From positions 63,612,001-63,676,000 of the forward strand of contig NC_043008.1 in the NCBI RefSeq assembly GCF_006345805.1: a stretch of 64,000 nucleotides of DNA. Reading direction: 5' to 3'. This DNA comes from Octopus sinensis (Eukaryota). The notes below the pieces were generated by a model that had not been told where the DNA came from, ran no database searches, and was given only the letters and a program-made list of their open reading frames with translations. Positions 13,061-24,638 of this stretch are shown piece after piece. Each line of letters opens with the position of its first letter. The first letter of the stretch is position 1. The position numbers were made by a program, and so were the translations under genes.

Positions 13061-14298
13061 TTGGGTACTATATATATATATACATATATATATAATTTAT
13101 TTACATATATATATATAGAGAGAGAGAGGGGGGGGGAGAAATAGAAAGAAAGATAGATAGATGCACGCATACATACATGTGGGTGTATGTGTGTGAATGT
13201 GTATGCATGTATACATGTATGTATTAAATTTTGTAACCTTTTTGCAAGATAGTTGATATGAAATCATGTACTGAAACAGGCCTTCATGTGTGACAGATAA
13301 GCCATTTTGGCAACAAAACCACATGCACTGACTTGATTTCACTTCTTTGTATTATAGTTTTACTGCTCAGAGCACTCAATCTTGTTTGCTCTGGTAGCTT
13401 CTGTGACTGTGGAGAGCAGCCTGCTATCAGAGATTTCACAGGGTCTCTTTCCACACATTATAAGCTTTGATACTGGTTGTTAATTATCTTGGGAGACATT
13501 CAATATCCAAGTATTAATCTCAAAATTTGTATTATTTCTTTTTCTTTTAAACCTTTGCATGCTATATGTCCCTTCTTTATCAGTGTATACTTACTTTCAC
13601 TTTTTATTATCATTTCATTATATGTAAAACTTTCATCCTTTTGGGGTCAATAAATTAAGTACCAGTTGCATACTGGCTCAATCTAATCAAACAGCCCCCA
13701 GAGGCACATGCATCACAACCATTTGTGCATGACATGGTGATCTCATATCAAGATAAGCAGCACATGACCTTGCAGGTGGGGCCCAGTTAGAATTTTCTTT
13801 ACGTTGAGTAGCCCAACCCACTCAAAAGGTCCCTGAATAAAGATTGTTTAAGGATTATTATTATGTGCATATATGTTATTTATTCATGATTGTAGTTTTC
13901 CTTATGTAAATTTTTTTTAAATGTATGCCCTTTCCTTTTTGAATTTTTTGTCATCAATACACTCATCACCCCCCACCCCCACCACCACTAGCATCATCAT
14001 CATCATCATCATTGTCATTGAAGTAGCTATGGATTTTTGAGTGTAATTTTGATGCTAGCTCATTCCAGTTTGATTTTCTCATTGATGTTGCCTTTGTATT
14101 AGGCCATCATTATTAGCTGGGATTTGACAGCTGTTCACATTTGCCAACTGATCTGGTTTTCCTTTATTTTAAGACGACCTTAATTTTTAGTGACAGGTTT
14201 CAATTTTTTGACACGGTATAAAAAATATAAATCTTAGAAGCAGACATTAAGCTCATCTGTTGTGTGCCCTTAGGAATGACCAACAGAATTTGACAGAA

Positions 14299-14533
14299 AA
14301 GGTAGCGAGCTGGCAGAAATGTTAGCAAGCCAGGTGAAATACTAAGCTGTATTTCGTCAATTTTTATGTTCTGAGTTCAAATTCTGCCAAGGTCGACTTT
14401 GCCTTTCATCCTTTCGGGGTCGATAAATTAAGTACCAGTTATGCACTGGGGTTGATGTAATCGACTTAATCCCTTTGTCTGTCTTTGTTTGTCCCCATCT
14501 ATGTTTAGCCCCTTGTGGGCAATAAAGAAATAA
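14299..14533 (+). mobile_element. SINE family B, full length
   Basis: Same head, core and aaagaaata tail as other family B copies. Confidence 0.9.
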
Positions 14534-15146
14534 GACTTTGACAGAAATACTTGAATACCTGTGAGCAGCAGTGGTATGCCATAAATGATATTATATTCTT
14601 GCATCTATCAGTGTTCAAACCAATGTTTTATGGATTTGCATTAATCTCACACAGTCTGCTGACAACATTTGACAATATCCATATTTCAATCTTTGATAGT
14701 GCTGCTGACAAATGTATTTTTAAATGTTAGACTTAAAAGAAAGATAAAGTTCGTCCACCTGTCACAAGTATTTCAGCTAAGCCCGAAAAGGCTGCATTAA
14801 GGGAAATTTTCTGATAACTTCTGATTTTGACTAATATCAAAATTGTTAAGATGTGATTTGCCAGATTCTCTGGATGCTTCTAATGAAGAATTCCTGGTTT
14901 ATTTACAAAGATTAATCAATCCACTTTGTTATAGGCATTTCTTTGAACATCCATGAATTTTGGTTAAGTTTCTTCTCTCTCTCTGAACAATGTTATATAA
15001 TGTTTCTCTGAAGATCTCACTACACATTGACTTTTGATGTTCTGCATAGAAAGATAATTTAAAGATATGTGTATGCAAAAAACCTTAAACAGTCTTTACA
15101 TGTGCACACGCACACACGCACACACACACACACGTACGCACGCACA

Positions 15147-15184
<38 letters not shown>

Positions 15185-15231
15185 ATGCATACACACACAC
15201 ACACATTAACTTTATTGGATCTTTCACTTAC

Positions 15232-15589
15232 CAAAGAACAAATTTGAATATATCATTGAAGATATCCAGTGGAAAGTTAGCCAAGTTGATTTTTGTCTGA
15301 TATAAAATGTATAGTGATGCCATCTTAGAAATCTCCAGCATGCATGCGCAGAGTCGGATTCTTCCGGGAGGCCTGCCAGAAGTTCCCTCATGCGCATCCA
15401 CAGAAAACTAGCAGCAGCGAAATTTCCCTCGTATCATCCTCTCGAATGCTGGCAGCCAAACAGGACAGTCATGTTTTAGCAGCTCTCTCAAGCTGCTACC
15501 TCATGGCATTTCTCCGCTATGCTTGAACGGACAGGATTTGGCTCACTCCACTTGACTACTGTGATGAGCTCCTAGGCTGCCGATTCGCC
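15232..15589 (-). other. candidate exon (CpG-enriched, splice-site bounded), product unknown
   Basis: Acceptor ttcttctttcag at 15590 and donor TG/GTAAGT at 15231. Locally GC/CpG rich and not matched to any repeat in the window. No homology recognised. Confidence 0.3.
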
Positions 15590-16300
15590 CTGAAAGAAGA
15601 ATGTATATATTGCGAATCAAGAAATAAATATTTATACTGTTGAAGTTATTAGGAAGTCTTGACTCTTTCCTTCAATTAATATTTTAATGTAAAGGATGCG
15701 AGCAGCACCCATCCAGTGCGGGGACCTCTTATCCTGTTACAAATGTCTTCTGATCCATAATAAAAATAAAAAGTTATGCAGGGTTGGAGCTCCCCTACTT
15801 TTTAGTTGGTGGGGATGAGGAGCTTTTAGCATCTAAATCCTTTCCTACCTAACTTCAGCATATCCCTAGTTCATAAAACACACCACCGTCACTAATTCAG
15901 TTGTGATTTTCCTCACATTTTCATTTATATCTGTACTTTTTACACAGGTTTATTGGATTCAATGGTCTTTATAAGAATGGTGAGCAAATGGCAAAACCTT
16001 TATGGGAACTGAGAAGTTCTGGCATATTTTGATATCTAATTATAGTAATTCTCGCCTACCAGGGACCCAGTGTGATGGTATGATACTCTGAAGGAATTAC
16101 ACCAAGATCTATTTGAACTTTGACATGATGTAGCATTAGGTGCATATAAAAGCATTTTGGTATTGCTTAAGTGAATCAGCTAAACACATCTAAAACCATC
16201 ATTCATTGAAATAGTCATATACCCAAAAGCTGATGAATTTGCTTGCATCTTTGGGGACAGGTTTTTTTATTTCCCCAACTATATTTTGAAAGATTGTAGA

Positions 16301-16426
16301 TTCTCTTTTACTCTTTTACTTGTTTCAGTCATGGGACTGTGGCCATGCTGGAGCACCACCTTTAGTAGAGCAAATCGACCCTAGGTCTTATTTTTTGTAA
16401 GCCTAGTACTTATTTTATCGGCCCTT
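16301..16426 (-). mobile_element. 3' half of family A SINE fused downstream of the 5S copy
   Basis: Minus strand aagggccgataaaataagtactaggcttac...actaaaggtggtgctccagcatggcc...gaaacaagtaaaagagtaaaagag equals the family A tail (compare 58935-59052). Confidence 0.9.
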
Positions 16427-16436
16427 AAAAATGAAA

Positions 16437-16553
16437 CTTACAGCACTTAGGTTTCCCAAGCGGTCACCCATCTAAGTACTAACTAGGTTCAACATTGCTT
16501 AACTTTGGTGATCGGATGAGAACCAGTGCTTTCAATGTGATATGGCTGTAAGC
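16437..16553 (-). pseudogene. full-length 5S rRNA pseudogene
   Basis: Minus strand gcttacagccatatcacattgaaagcactggttctcatccgatcaccaaagttaagcaatgttgaacctagttagtacttagatgggtgaccgcttgggaaacctaagtgctgtaag is colinear with metazoan 5S rRNA. Most differences are CpG decay. It is followed by TTTCATTTTT. Confidence 0.92.
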
Positions 16554-17577
16554 ATTGATAGAAAGAAAAATTTTCACAGATTCTTCAGTTTGAAATATTT
16601 GAAAGAATGTAGTGATCTTTGACTTAGATCTCCATTGGATGCAGTTGTGGGTATTTTTCCCAATAAAATAAATTCTTTCATCATTTTTATGATAAACATC
16701 TAAGGGCATCATATTTGGGTGGTTTTGAGGATGGTGGGAAAATATTTTTCCAATCAAGGAATCGCAGAATTCTCTGCAATGCTCCGTAAATGACTGAGTA
16801 TCTGCTAATCTGGTGTTCATAAATTCATCAAGATGGTTGGAATTTGAAACTTAGACTTAAAAATTTGCTTTATTTGGGAAGAGTCAGAACTGATAAAGCC
16901 TATAAATAAACTCACCATTTTTTGTTCATTTATATTTCCCTTCCCTTTCTTTTCAAAACTGTTGATATTTGGGTATGCACCCCAAAATATTTTTCACAAC
17001 TCCAATCTGTAGCTGATGCTTAGCTTGCAGTTTATAACTGTCATTTTTTTATTCTGATGTTAAATCTGCATTTTGGGGGACCTAAATAATCATCAAAGAT
17101 TTTGATATACAAAGAGAACTAAAATAGAGACAAATACAGTTAGAAAATCTGTTTATAGAGTTTATCAATAATGGATCTTCCCAAATACAACAATGTCGGC
17201 TTCAAAACATAGTCTTAGAACAAAATTAATGGAAAAGCAAATTAAAAATCAAAGAACTGAAAATAACTTGGTCATTTCCTTTGTTCTTGCAGTTGGAGAT
17301 CTAGGTGACAGATTTTATTGAACTTCAAAATTTAATGTTAATATATGCTTTAAATATTGATGAAAGCAGAGATGGATTTAGATTTATCCATGAATTGTTT
17401 CTTTTAATAATAGTATTTCATAGTTTGATTGTGGTTATGAATTTATCTTTACCTGATTTCTTTGTTTTGTACACTGGTTATCCATTGCGATCAGTTTAAA
17501 GTTCAATCAGGAAAGGAAGCAGAAATACCTCTTTATATATTTGGTATGTTTCATAAACAGAGATTTTCTGTTCAGTT

Positions 17578-17829
17578 GTCAACATGGGCCATGAAAAATA
17601 TGCTTCCTTACAATCCCATCAAGGGGGGAAAAAAACAAGGCTTTTACCTGCTTTTTCAACTCTTCCAGCCAAAGCAACAGGTGTACAGGGAGAAGGATTA
17701 TATGTCAACATGGGCCATGAAAAATATGTTTTCTCACAATCCCATCAAGGGAAAGAAAAAACAAGGCTTTTACCTGTTTTTTCAACTCTTCCAACGAAAG
17801 CAACAGGTGTACAAGGAGAAGAATATATT
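17578..17829. repeat. 126-bp tandem duplication (2 diverged units)
   Basis: gtcaacatgggccatgaaaaatatg begins at 17578 and 17704. A period of 126 = 42 codons explains the repeated peptides in ORFs 17462 and 17584. Confidence 0.9.
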
Positions 17830-17956
17830 CCTGCTATTTTACAAGACACACAAAGCAACCCCTTTTCAGCCATAGTTCTTCCATTTCAAACACCTTTTCA
17901 GGGAGACCCATTGCAGCAATGCAACAACATCACCTTCGTCAATTGTCAATGTTGAT

Positions 17957-18150
17957 GTTCATCATCATCATCATCGTTTAACGTCCGTTTTCCATGCTAG
18001 CATGGGTTGGACGATTTTGACTGAGGGCTGGCAAACCAGATGGCTGCACCACGCTCCAATCTTGATCAGGCAGAGTTTCTACAGCTGGATGCCCTTCCTA
18101 ATGCCAACCACTCCAAGAGTGTGTAGTAGGTGCTTTTTATGTGCCACCGA
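17957..18150 (-). mobile_element. RTE-type 3' tail fragment with (GAT)n
   Basis: catcatcatcgtttaacgtccgttttccatgctagcatgggttggacg..., the same 3' end as 12044 and 25680. Confidence 0.85.
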
Positions 18151-18515
18151 TGTTGTTGTTGTAAGTAAATATTTCAGCTTCTGTTTCAGTTCATTTTGGA
18201 TAGAATGTGAATGCAATGAGCCAATCAAGATGACCAGATATTCTGGCATAAGTATTTACATATGAATATTGGTCAACCAGTAAAAAATGATTGCAAGATG
18301 GCAGTTTGACTTTTGTTAGATTTTCTTTATCACCGTTGAAGACATTTCTTGTCTGAATATATTTTTTGAACTCTTAGCATAGACAGATTTAGTTTGATGA
18401 AGGCAAGATGTTCAGGCTTGATCTTTGTATACGCATTGATTTATGATCAAATAAAAGATTTGGTGAAAGTCAAGTGGTAGATTTTGTGTCAACTGATCCA
18501 TAACCTATAGGTTAT

Positions 18516-18742
18516 AAGGCGGTGAGCTGGCAGAAACGTTAGCATGCCAGGCGAAATGCTTAGCGGTATTTCGTTCTGAGTTCAAATTCCGCCGGAGGTC
18601 GACTTTGCCTTTCATCCTTTCGGGGTTGATTAGATAAGTACCAGTTACGCACTGGGGTCGATATAATCGACTTAATCCATTTGTCTGTTCTTGTTTGTCC
18701 TCTCTGTGTTTAGCCCCTTGTGGTTAGTAAAGAAATAGGTAT
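18516..18742 (+). mobile_element. SINE family B, full length
   Basis: Consensus-like family B copy, preceded by the 14-bp palindrome taacctataggtta. Confidence 0.9.
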
Positions 18743-19501
18743 AGAAATCATTTTGTGATATTTTTTTATAATCACATCTTTAGGCACTAAATTTGTATCT
18801 AACTTTCTTGTTCTTGTAACAGTGTACTTCTGAAATTCTGGTGAAATCACAGAATTATATCTCTTGCATGGAATTCCTGCTGAACAAGTAGAATGGTAAC
18901 TTGTTACAGACAGAAGCTTTAAAATGACAATCATGTTCTCTAAAGGGCACATTATTTGGATAGATGCTAATTTTCACAACACTTTCATTGATATTCCCAA
19001 GAGCAATTTTAAAGCTTGCTGCATATTAATTGCAGTGTTATAGCCTTTGGAACGTTGCTATAATGTTGCCTTCTCTGATTTTATTCATTGCCTATTATTT
19101 GCAACTGCAGATGTTTGCAGTCACCATTTAGAAGAGAAAGATGTGTCCCATGATGATAAAGTTGACTTGGTGCTTTGAATGTAGAAATCCTTCTCCTTTG
19201 TCAACCTCAATAGGTCCATAAGAAATCATCAAGAAGCAACAATTTAATGTTCCTGACTTAGATAGGGTGTCAGTTAATTTTCAGCTCATTATTTCAAGAA
19301 TTAGTATTGATGTGGTTGCAGTTTTACACTCCCATCGGAATAGTAAATACACAGAGCACTTCTTTTTACCACATTTTTTGCTCTTGGAGCAATCACAGAA
19401 TATACTTATCCAAGGTGCTACGGACTACAACAGAACTCAAGACAACATAGGTGGGAGGGAAACTTCTTAACCACACAGTCATGCTTGCATGTGAACACAT
19501 G

Positions 19502-19534
<33 letters not shown>

Positions 19535-20164
19535 CATAATAATAATAATAATCATAATAATAATAATAATAATGAAATTATTGTATACAGTGCTCAGATG
19601 CACCACAACTTGTCAAAAGTGCCTATAAAGCATATGCAGTAATGTACAAATGTCTGGAAAGTGAACAGTGTATGAGTCAGAGATACATGCTTGCGTGTGT
19701 ATGGAGGGGAGAAAATCAGGTGTAGTGTTGGTGAATCTCAGGAAGCATGGAAGTTTTGAAGGATGCAGTGCTCCGACAACTAACAACTGATACCGGCCGT
19801 TTGTTCCATACTTCATATATGTGTGTGTATGTGAGCATGCATGCATGTATGTGTGTGTGTATTCATATATATATGTGTGTGTGTACTTTTTTAAAACTAA
19901 GATGAGGTAAGAGAAAAATAATTGACAAAAGCCACTGGTATGAGTTTAGATAACAAAGTGAAGGCTAGGGCACACTGAATGCATAATAAAATACTAAATT
20001 ACTAAAATTTACCTTATGAACAAAAAGGAAGTACATATGGTTGATGAGAGTTATTTGATGTTTAATTATTTATTTTTAAGCATCTTCATGTCCTTCTTCA
20101 ATTTTCACAACCAGATTTCTAGCACACATACACACACACCAACACACAATCCTATTATTATTGT

Positions 20165-20455
20165 TATTTCTTTATTGCCCACAAGGGGCTAAACATAGAG
20201 GGGACAAACAAAGACAGACACAGGGATTAAGTTGTGCCCACAAGGGGCTAAACATAGATGGGACAAACAAGGACAGACACAGGGATTAAGTCGATTACAT
20301 CGAACCCAATGCGTGACTGGTACTTAATTTATCGACCCCAAAAGGATGAAAGGTAAAGTCGACCTCGGCGGAATTTGAACTCAGAACGTAGCGGTAGACG
20401 AAATACTGCTAAGCATTTCGCCCGGTGTGCTACCGATTCTGCCAGCTCACTGCCC
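20165..20455 (-). mobile_element. SINE family B with internal tandem duplication of the 3' part
   Basis: gcccacaaggggctaaacataga...gggattaagt occurs twice (about 20177 and 20236). Confidence 0.88.
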
Positions 20456-21201
20456 TCCATCCTACAATTATTGTTCATTTACAGACGTCTTTCTCCTCTC
20501 ATTGTGACTACTCCAACTTTTCTTCCTCTCCCTCCCTCCCACTCCCTCGCTCTCCCCCTCTCTCTCTCGCTCTGTATTGCTTGTTCTCTCTGCTACCTAT
20601 CATTTCTTCCTCCTTTCCCCTTATCTTCAATCCTGACCCACTCTCTCTTATTTTATCTGCTCTCTTTCTTTTTCTCCTCCCTCACATTTTCTATACACTT
20701 CTCTCTCATATTCTGCTCCTTCTCATACTTCCACTACTGCAGAAGCTGATCTCCAAATTGCTTTCCTTCATTCTCTCTCTTTCCTAGAATGAAAATCATT
20801 AAGCTTTTACGTTCTGAATTACTTCTATTTTTCTCATTTTCACAATATGACAAAAGATCTTTTACTGTTTTTTTCCTTTCGTGCTAAAACCCACTAAACA
20901 TGTTATTTTGTCCATTCCTTGTTGAGAGACCACAAAATATATTCTTGTTGCCTTCTTTATTCTAAATCCTGTCCTCTGTAGCTTCTACCACTTTATTGTT
21001 ACTAACATTCTCAGGAACAACCATGCAGTTTAAAATCATTGAAATTTAAATGCATTAAAACTATTTTCATTAGCTGGCTCAGGCCCAACCAAAGGTGTTC
21101 TATGTTTTATAGTCTTTTTCTAGTGATTCTTTTCGTGTGCCACTTTGATTTTCACTCACTCTCTCTTTCTCTCCTTACCATTTATATATATATAATATAT
21201 A

Positions 21202-21265
<64 letters not shown>

Positions 21266-21395
21266 TGAGTGTATTTTTACCTTGTTAACAATTAACTCGG
21301 AAAAATAAATAAATAGTTACCAGGGCAGCAAAAATCGCTATACAAATCCATCATTTTTTTGCTAAAATGTCTTATTGACGAGTTTCGTTTTTTTC

Positions 21396-21481
21396 ACTTT
21401 CCTGAGGAGAAGATTGCATTGTTTATACCATTTATTCTTTTGAATAGTATCAGTGGAATTTTCGAAACATGTGTCGAAAGT
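21396..21481 (+). ncRNA. type I hammerhead ribozyme, intact core, long helix II
   Basis: Helix I actttc/gaaagt (6 bp, extendable by tttt/aaaa). Core CTGAGGA at 21402-21408. Helix II gaagattgc-attg/cagt-ggaattttc. GAAA at 21464-21467. Helix III ACATGTGT, self-complementary with G.U pairs. GUC cleavage triplet ends at 21475. Confidence 0.85.
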
Positions 21482-21527
21482 AAAAATATTTGATTACACC
21501 TGCGTTAACTCCATTTTTTTTTTATTC

Positions 21528-21584
<57 letters not shown>

Positions 21585-21912
21585 TTTGTGGGCACAGGAC
21601 GTTATGAAATGTGCACAGCAAAAACGTACGAATCACGAGTACCTGGAACATTAACTATTCTTTCGAACAATGAAAGTCACAAATGGAAAACAAAACAAAT
21701 ATAAAGACCGACCCTTCATAAGTTGTTGGCTGTTTTCTACTCTCATTTTTCGAGCATTTAACAACAATATACACTTTTGTTAAAACAGTAGCTCCCACAA
21801 AGCAAATAAAATAAAATTTGGGATTTTGTGGAGGGTCAAAATAGGTAACACAAAGAGGACAGTGAAAACAAAGTGGAAGGGCTGAGAAGCCTAAACGAGG
21901 TTGTGGTGACGA

Positions 21913-21950
<38 letters not shown>

Positions 21951-21992
21951 GTATATATATATATATATATGTATATTTTATATATACCCATG

Positions 21993-22272
21993 AGCATATG
22001 GTATAGTGGTTAAGTGTGAAGGCTACTAACCCCAAGATTCTGAGTTCAATTCCAGGCAGTGACCTGAATAGTAATAATAGTAATAATAATAACATTGGAA
22101 AAATACCTCTGGAGTAAGGACCCAGGTTCAAAATTCCCCTAGGACACTTGATGAAGGCTGGACAGTACATCAGCTGAAACAGGTTAACAACGAACAAGAT
22201 GAGGACAAATATCCGTCAAATGTAAATAATGTAAATAATGTACATAATTCCTCATCTCTCAAATATAGAACT
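21993..22272 (+). mobile_element. tRNA-headed SINE (family D) containing a degenerate hammerhead-like core
   Basis: A box tggtatagtggtt and B box gagttcaattcc. TTGATGA-a-ggctg...cagct-GAAAC at 22148-22180. A 9-bp IR agatgagga/tcctcatct lies near the 3' end. Confidence 0.7.
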
Positions 22273-23790
22273 ATATATATATATATATATTATTGTGTTT
22301 GTGTAGAGTTATTCTCTTTTTTAGTGCCTTATTATTTAACACATTCACCAGTTTGATTTCCATTCATTTAGTTATTTATTAAATATATATATATATATAT
22401 TATATATATATATATATATATAATATATAACTAGATAGACATAGATAGATAGATAAATAGAGAGAGAGAAAGATAGATAGATAGACAGACAGATTAAGAG
22501 ATAAATACTGATATACATATTTATTCATATATGCACATCTATATGTATACACACAAATGCTTACATATAGACACATGTTTTGCCTTGTGTTTTAGATTTT
22601 AACGTTGGAGACTCAGAAACCAGCATTTTCAGGGTTAGATATCAATTCAGTATATTATTAAACAAAAGGTAAATGATTGGCAGAATAATTAGTGTCATAC
22701 AAAAATTACAGTATTCCTTTATCATTCTTAATGTCCTGAGTTCAAATCCCGCCAAGGACAACATTGCCTTGTACTTACTGATGTAAGAAATCAATACTAG
22801 ATTTCTAGATTGAAAACTCCAATTAATTAAACACATTTTTAAAATTACTTTTTAAAAATTATTTTAAAAATCAGAGAAACTGAAACCCAAATGGAAAAAT
22901 AGGTTGAAAATTTATATTAAATTCTGAAAGAACATGACTTACTTTATTCTGTTTCGTTATCATATTACAAGAACCGATCTAAGAATGTGAGCAGTACATG
23001 TCATAGACGTGACTGTATTATAAGTAAATGAAAGGAGACAAATGAATGTCTCCTGTACGGTTTTAGCTGTTTCCTAGTATTACTTTTGTTTCTTCTTTAA
23101 TTTCCTTTTAGAAATGTTTAAAAATTTACCTTTACTCTGTTCTGGTTTATTTCTTAAAAGAGTGAGTTTGTTATTCTCATCTGTCTCAAATTCTGGCTTA
23201 TAATGCCTAATACGATTTTAGTTAGAAAGTCTTAAGGTGAAAGTTAAAACTTGCATAATATTCTATTTCTTATTTTCGTTAACTTAGAATGTTCTGGAAG
23301 AGAACCAAGAGAAAAGGAAGGAATTGGGTTTTTGAATATCTAACTGTAGATGTCTGGTCCATAACACACAGAGGATAATATCACTGAAATATGCCAACTT
23401 GAAAGAAATGTCTACATCTCAAAGAATACATCAGGAAATAGTTTGAGAAGTTGTTTGCAATTAAAACTGAAACTAGTGGTTACCGTAAAACATCTTAACA
23501 AGGTAGAATTCTCTGCAAACAGCTGTTATTCTGTATCCAAAAACTATTTTCTCTATTTTCATGACTTCTAATCTGCTAACATTCTATGACGAAAAGAGAA
23601 AAAGAAGATATTCTATGATTTTTCTCCAGACTGTAATTATTTCCATCTTTAGTGAAATGTTTCACATCATAAAATATTTAATTAGTAAGTTAGAGTTTAT
23701 GTTAGGCAGATGATATCTAAGAAGAATGAAATAGTGCTCTATATGATTATCAGTGACAAGAAATACATACATACATATATACATACATAC

Positions 23791-24037
23791 ATTATTATTA
23801 TGGCTGTCCCCTCGTTATCAAGTATGGCCATTGCACGAAGCTTAACTGTTACTGGTGCTGTGATCGAATGTGACTTTTTAGCCCAGCTAAAGATCTACAA
23901 TGTTTTGTACAAAATTGGCAACTAAAACCTTTACTGGTAATAGCCGGCTGTAGTTGTAACTGGGCTTCATGTACCTTTGCATGTCGTTTAAGTACTCCTG
24001 CCGAATTACACTCTCTTCCACATGCCCGACAGATATG
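23791..24037 (-). mobile_element. 5'-truncated RTE LINE 3' end (C2H2-like zinc fingers, (TAA)n tail)
   Basis: Peptide HICRACGRECNSAGVLKRHAKVH...FSCQFCTKHCRSLAGLKSHIRSQH*. The 3' UTR is tggccatacttgataacgaggggacagcca plus (TAA)n. (CATA)n flanks both sides. Confidence 0.8.
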
Positions 24038-24094
24038 ATACATACATACATACATACATACATACATACATACATACATACATACAAGCATACA

Positions 24095-24622
24095 AAAGAT
24101 TGTTCTGAAATAAACATTCATAAACATCAACTCAAGAAATACTGGTGGAATATTCCCATCAAATCTTCTGTCAAATGTAAACATAACAGGCTAGATATTG
24201 TAGTTTTGGTCAGTGTGGCATTGGTATGTACAATCATAGAGGTCAGCTGCCCTGCAGATAAAAATATCCCTTTGAAGATCAAAGTAAAAAAGGATATCTA
24301 TGGACAGCTGCTTCGAAATATCCAGCTTATATATGCAGACTATGAATTCATATTCATACCAATAATAATTGGAGCACTAGGTTTTGTTAGTAAACACTTA
24401 AAGGAAAATCTGGCTAAACTTGGATTTTTAGAAACAGAATTTAACCAGCTAATTCGTACATTACAAGTTCAATCTATGAGTGGAACAATAAAAATATGTA
24501 AGACTTTTCTCAAATTGTAAATGTGAATTTGTCTGTGTTAACTGCATCCTAAAGATAGAGCCTTGTATCTTTGTTGGAAACTGGCTCCTTCCTCAGAGGA
24601 AGATTTATGATAATTAAAAAAT
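24095..24622 (+). mobile_element. 5'-truncated R4/Dong-type non-LTR retrotransposon, restriction-like endonuclease domain
   Basis: Peptide YWWNIPIKSSVKCKHNRLDIVV...IIEVSCPADKNI...K...Y..L...IPIIIGALG...GTIKICKTFL* shows the R4-type RLE pattern (HNRPD..IIEVSCP..., PII.GALG). Stop at 24520, A-rich end at about 24620. Confidence 0.8.
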
Positions 24623-24638
24623 AGAAGAGACATACATA

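Larger units (their letters stand above)
15780..17030 (-). mobile_element. pogo/Tigger-like DDE transposase relic, interrupted by the 5S-SINE insertion
   Basis: Broken peptides ISTVLKRK (CENP-B HTH-like), TASNG, IVGEIKKP and LSNTKMLLYAPNATS..QIDLGVI resemble Tigger STISTILK.K, KASNGW, IGKSKKP and LSN.KL.FLPPNTTS..QPMD.GVI. Many stops and frameshifts. Confidence 0.65.

Noticed and set aside
16437-16553. Functional 5S rRNA gene
   Set aside because: It shows extensive CpG decay, is a single copy outside a tandem array, is fused to a SINE tail and sits inside a transposon relic.
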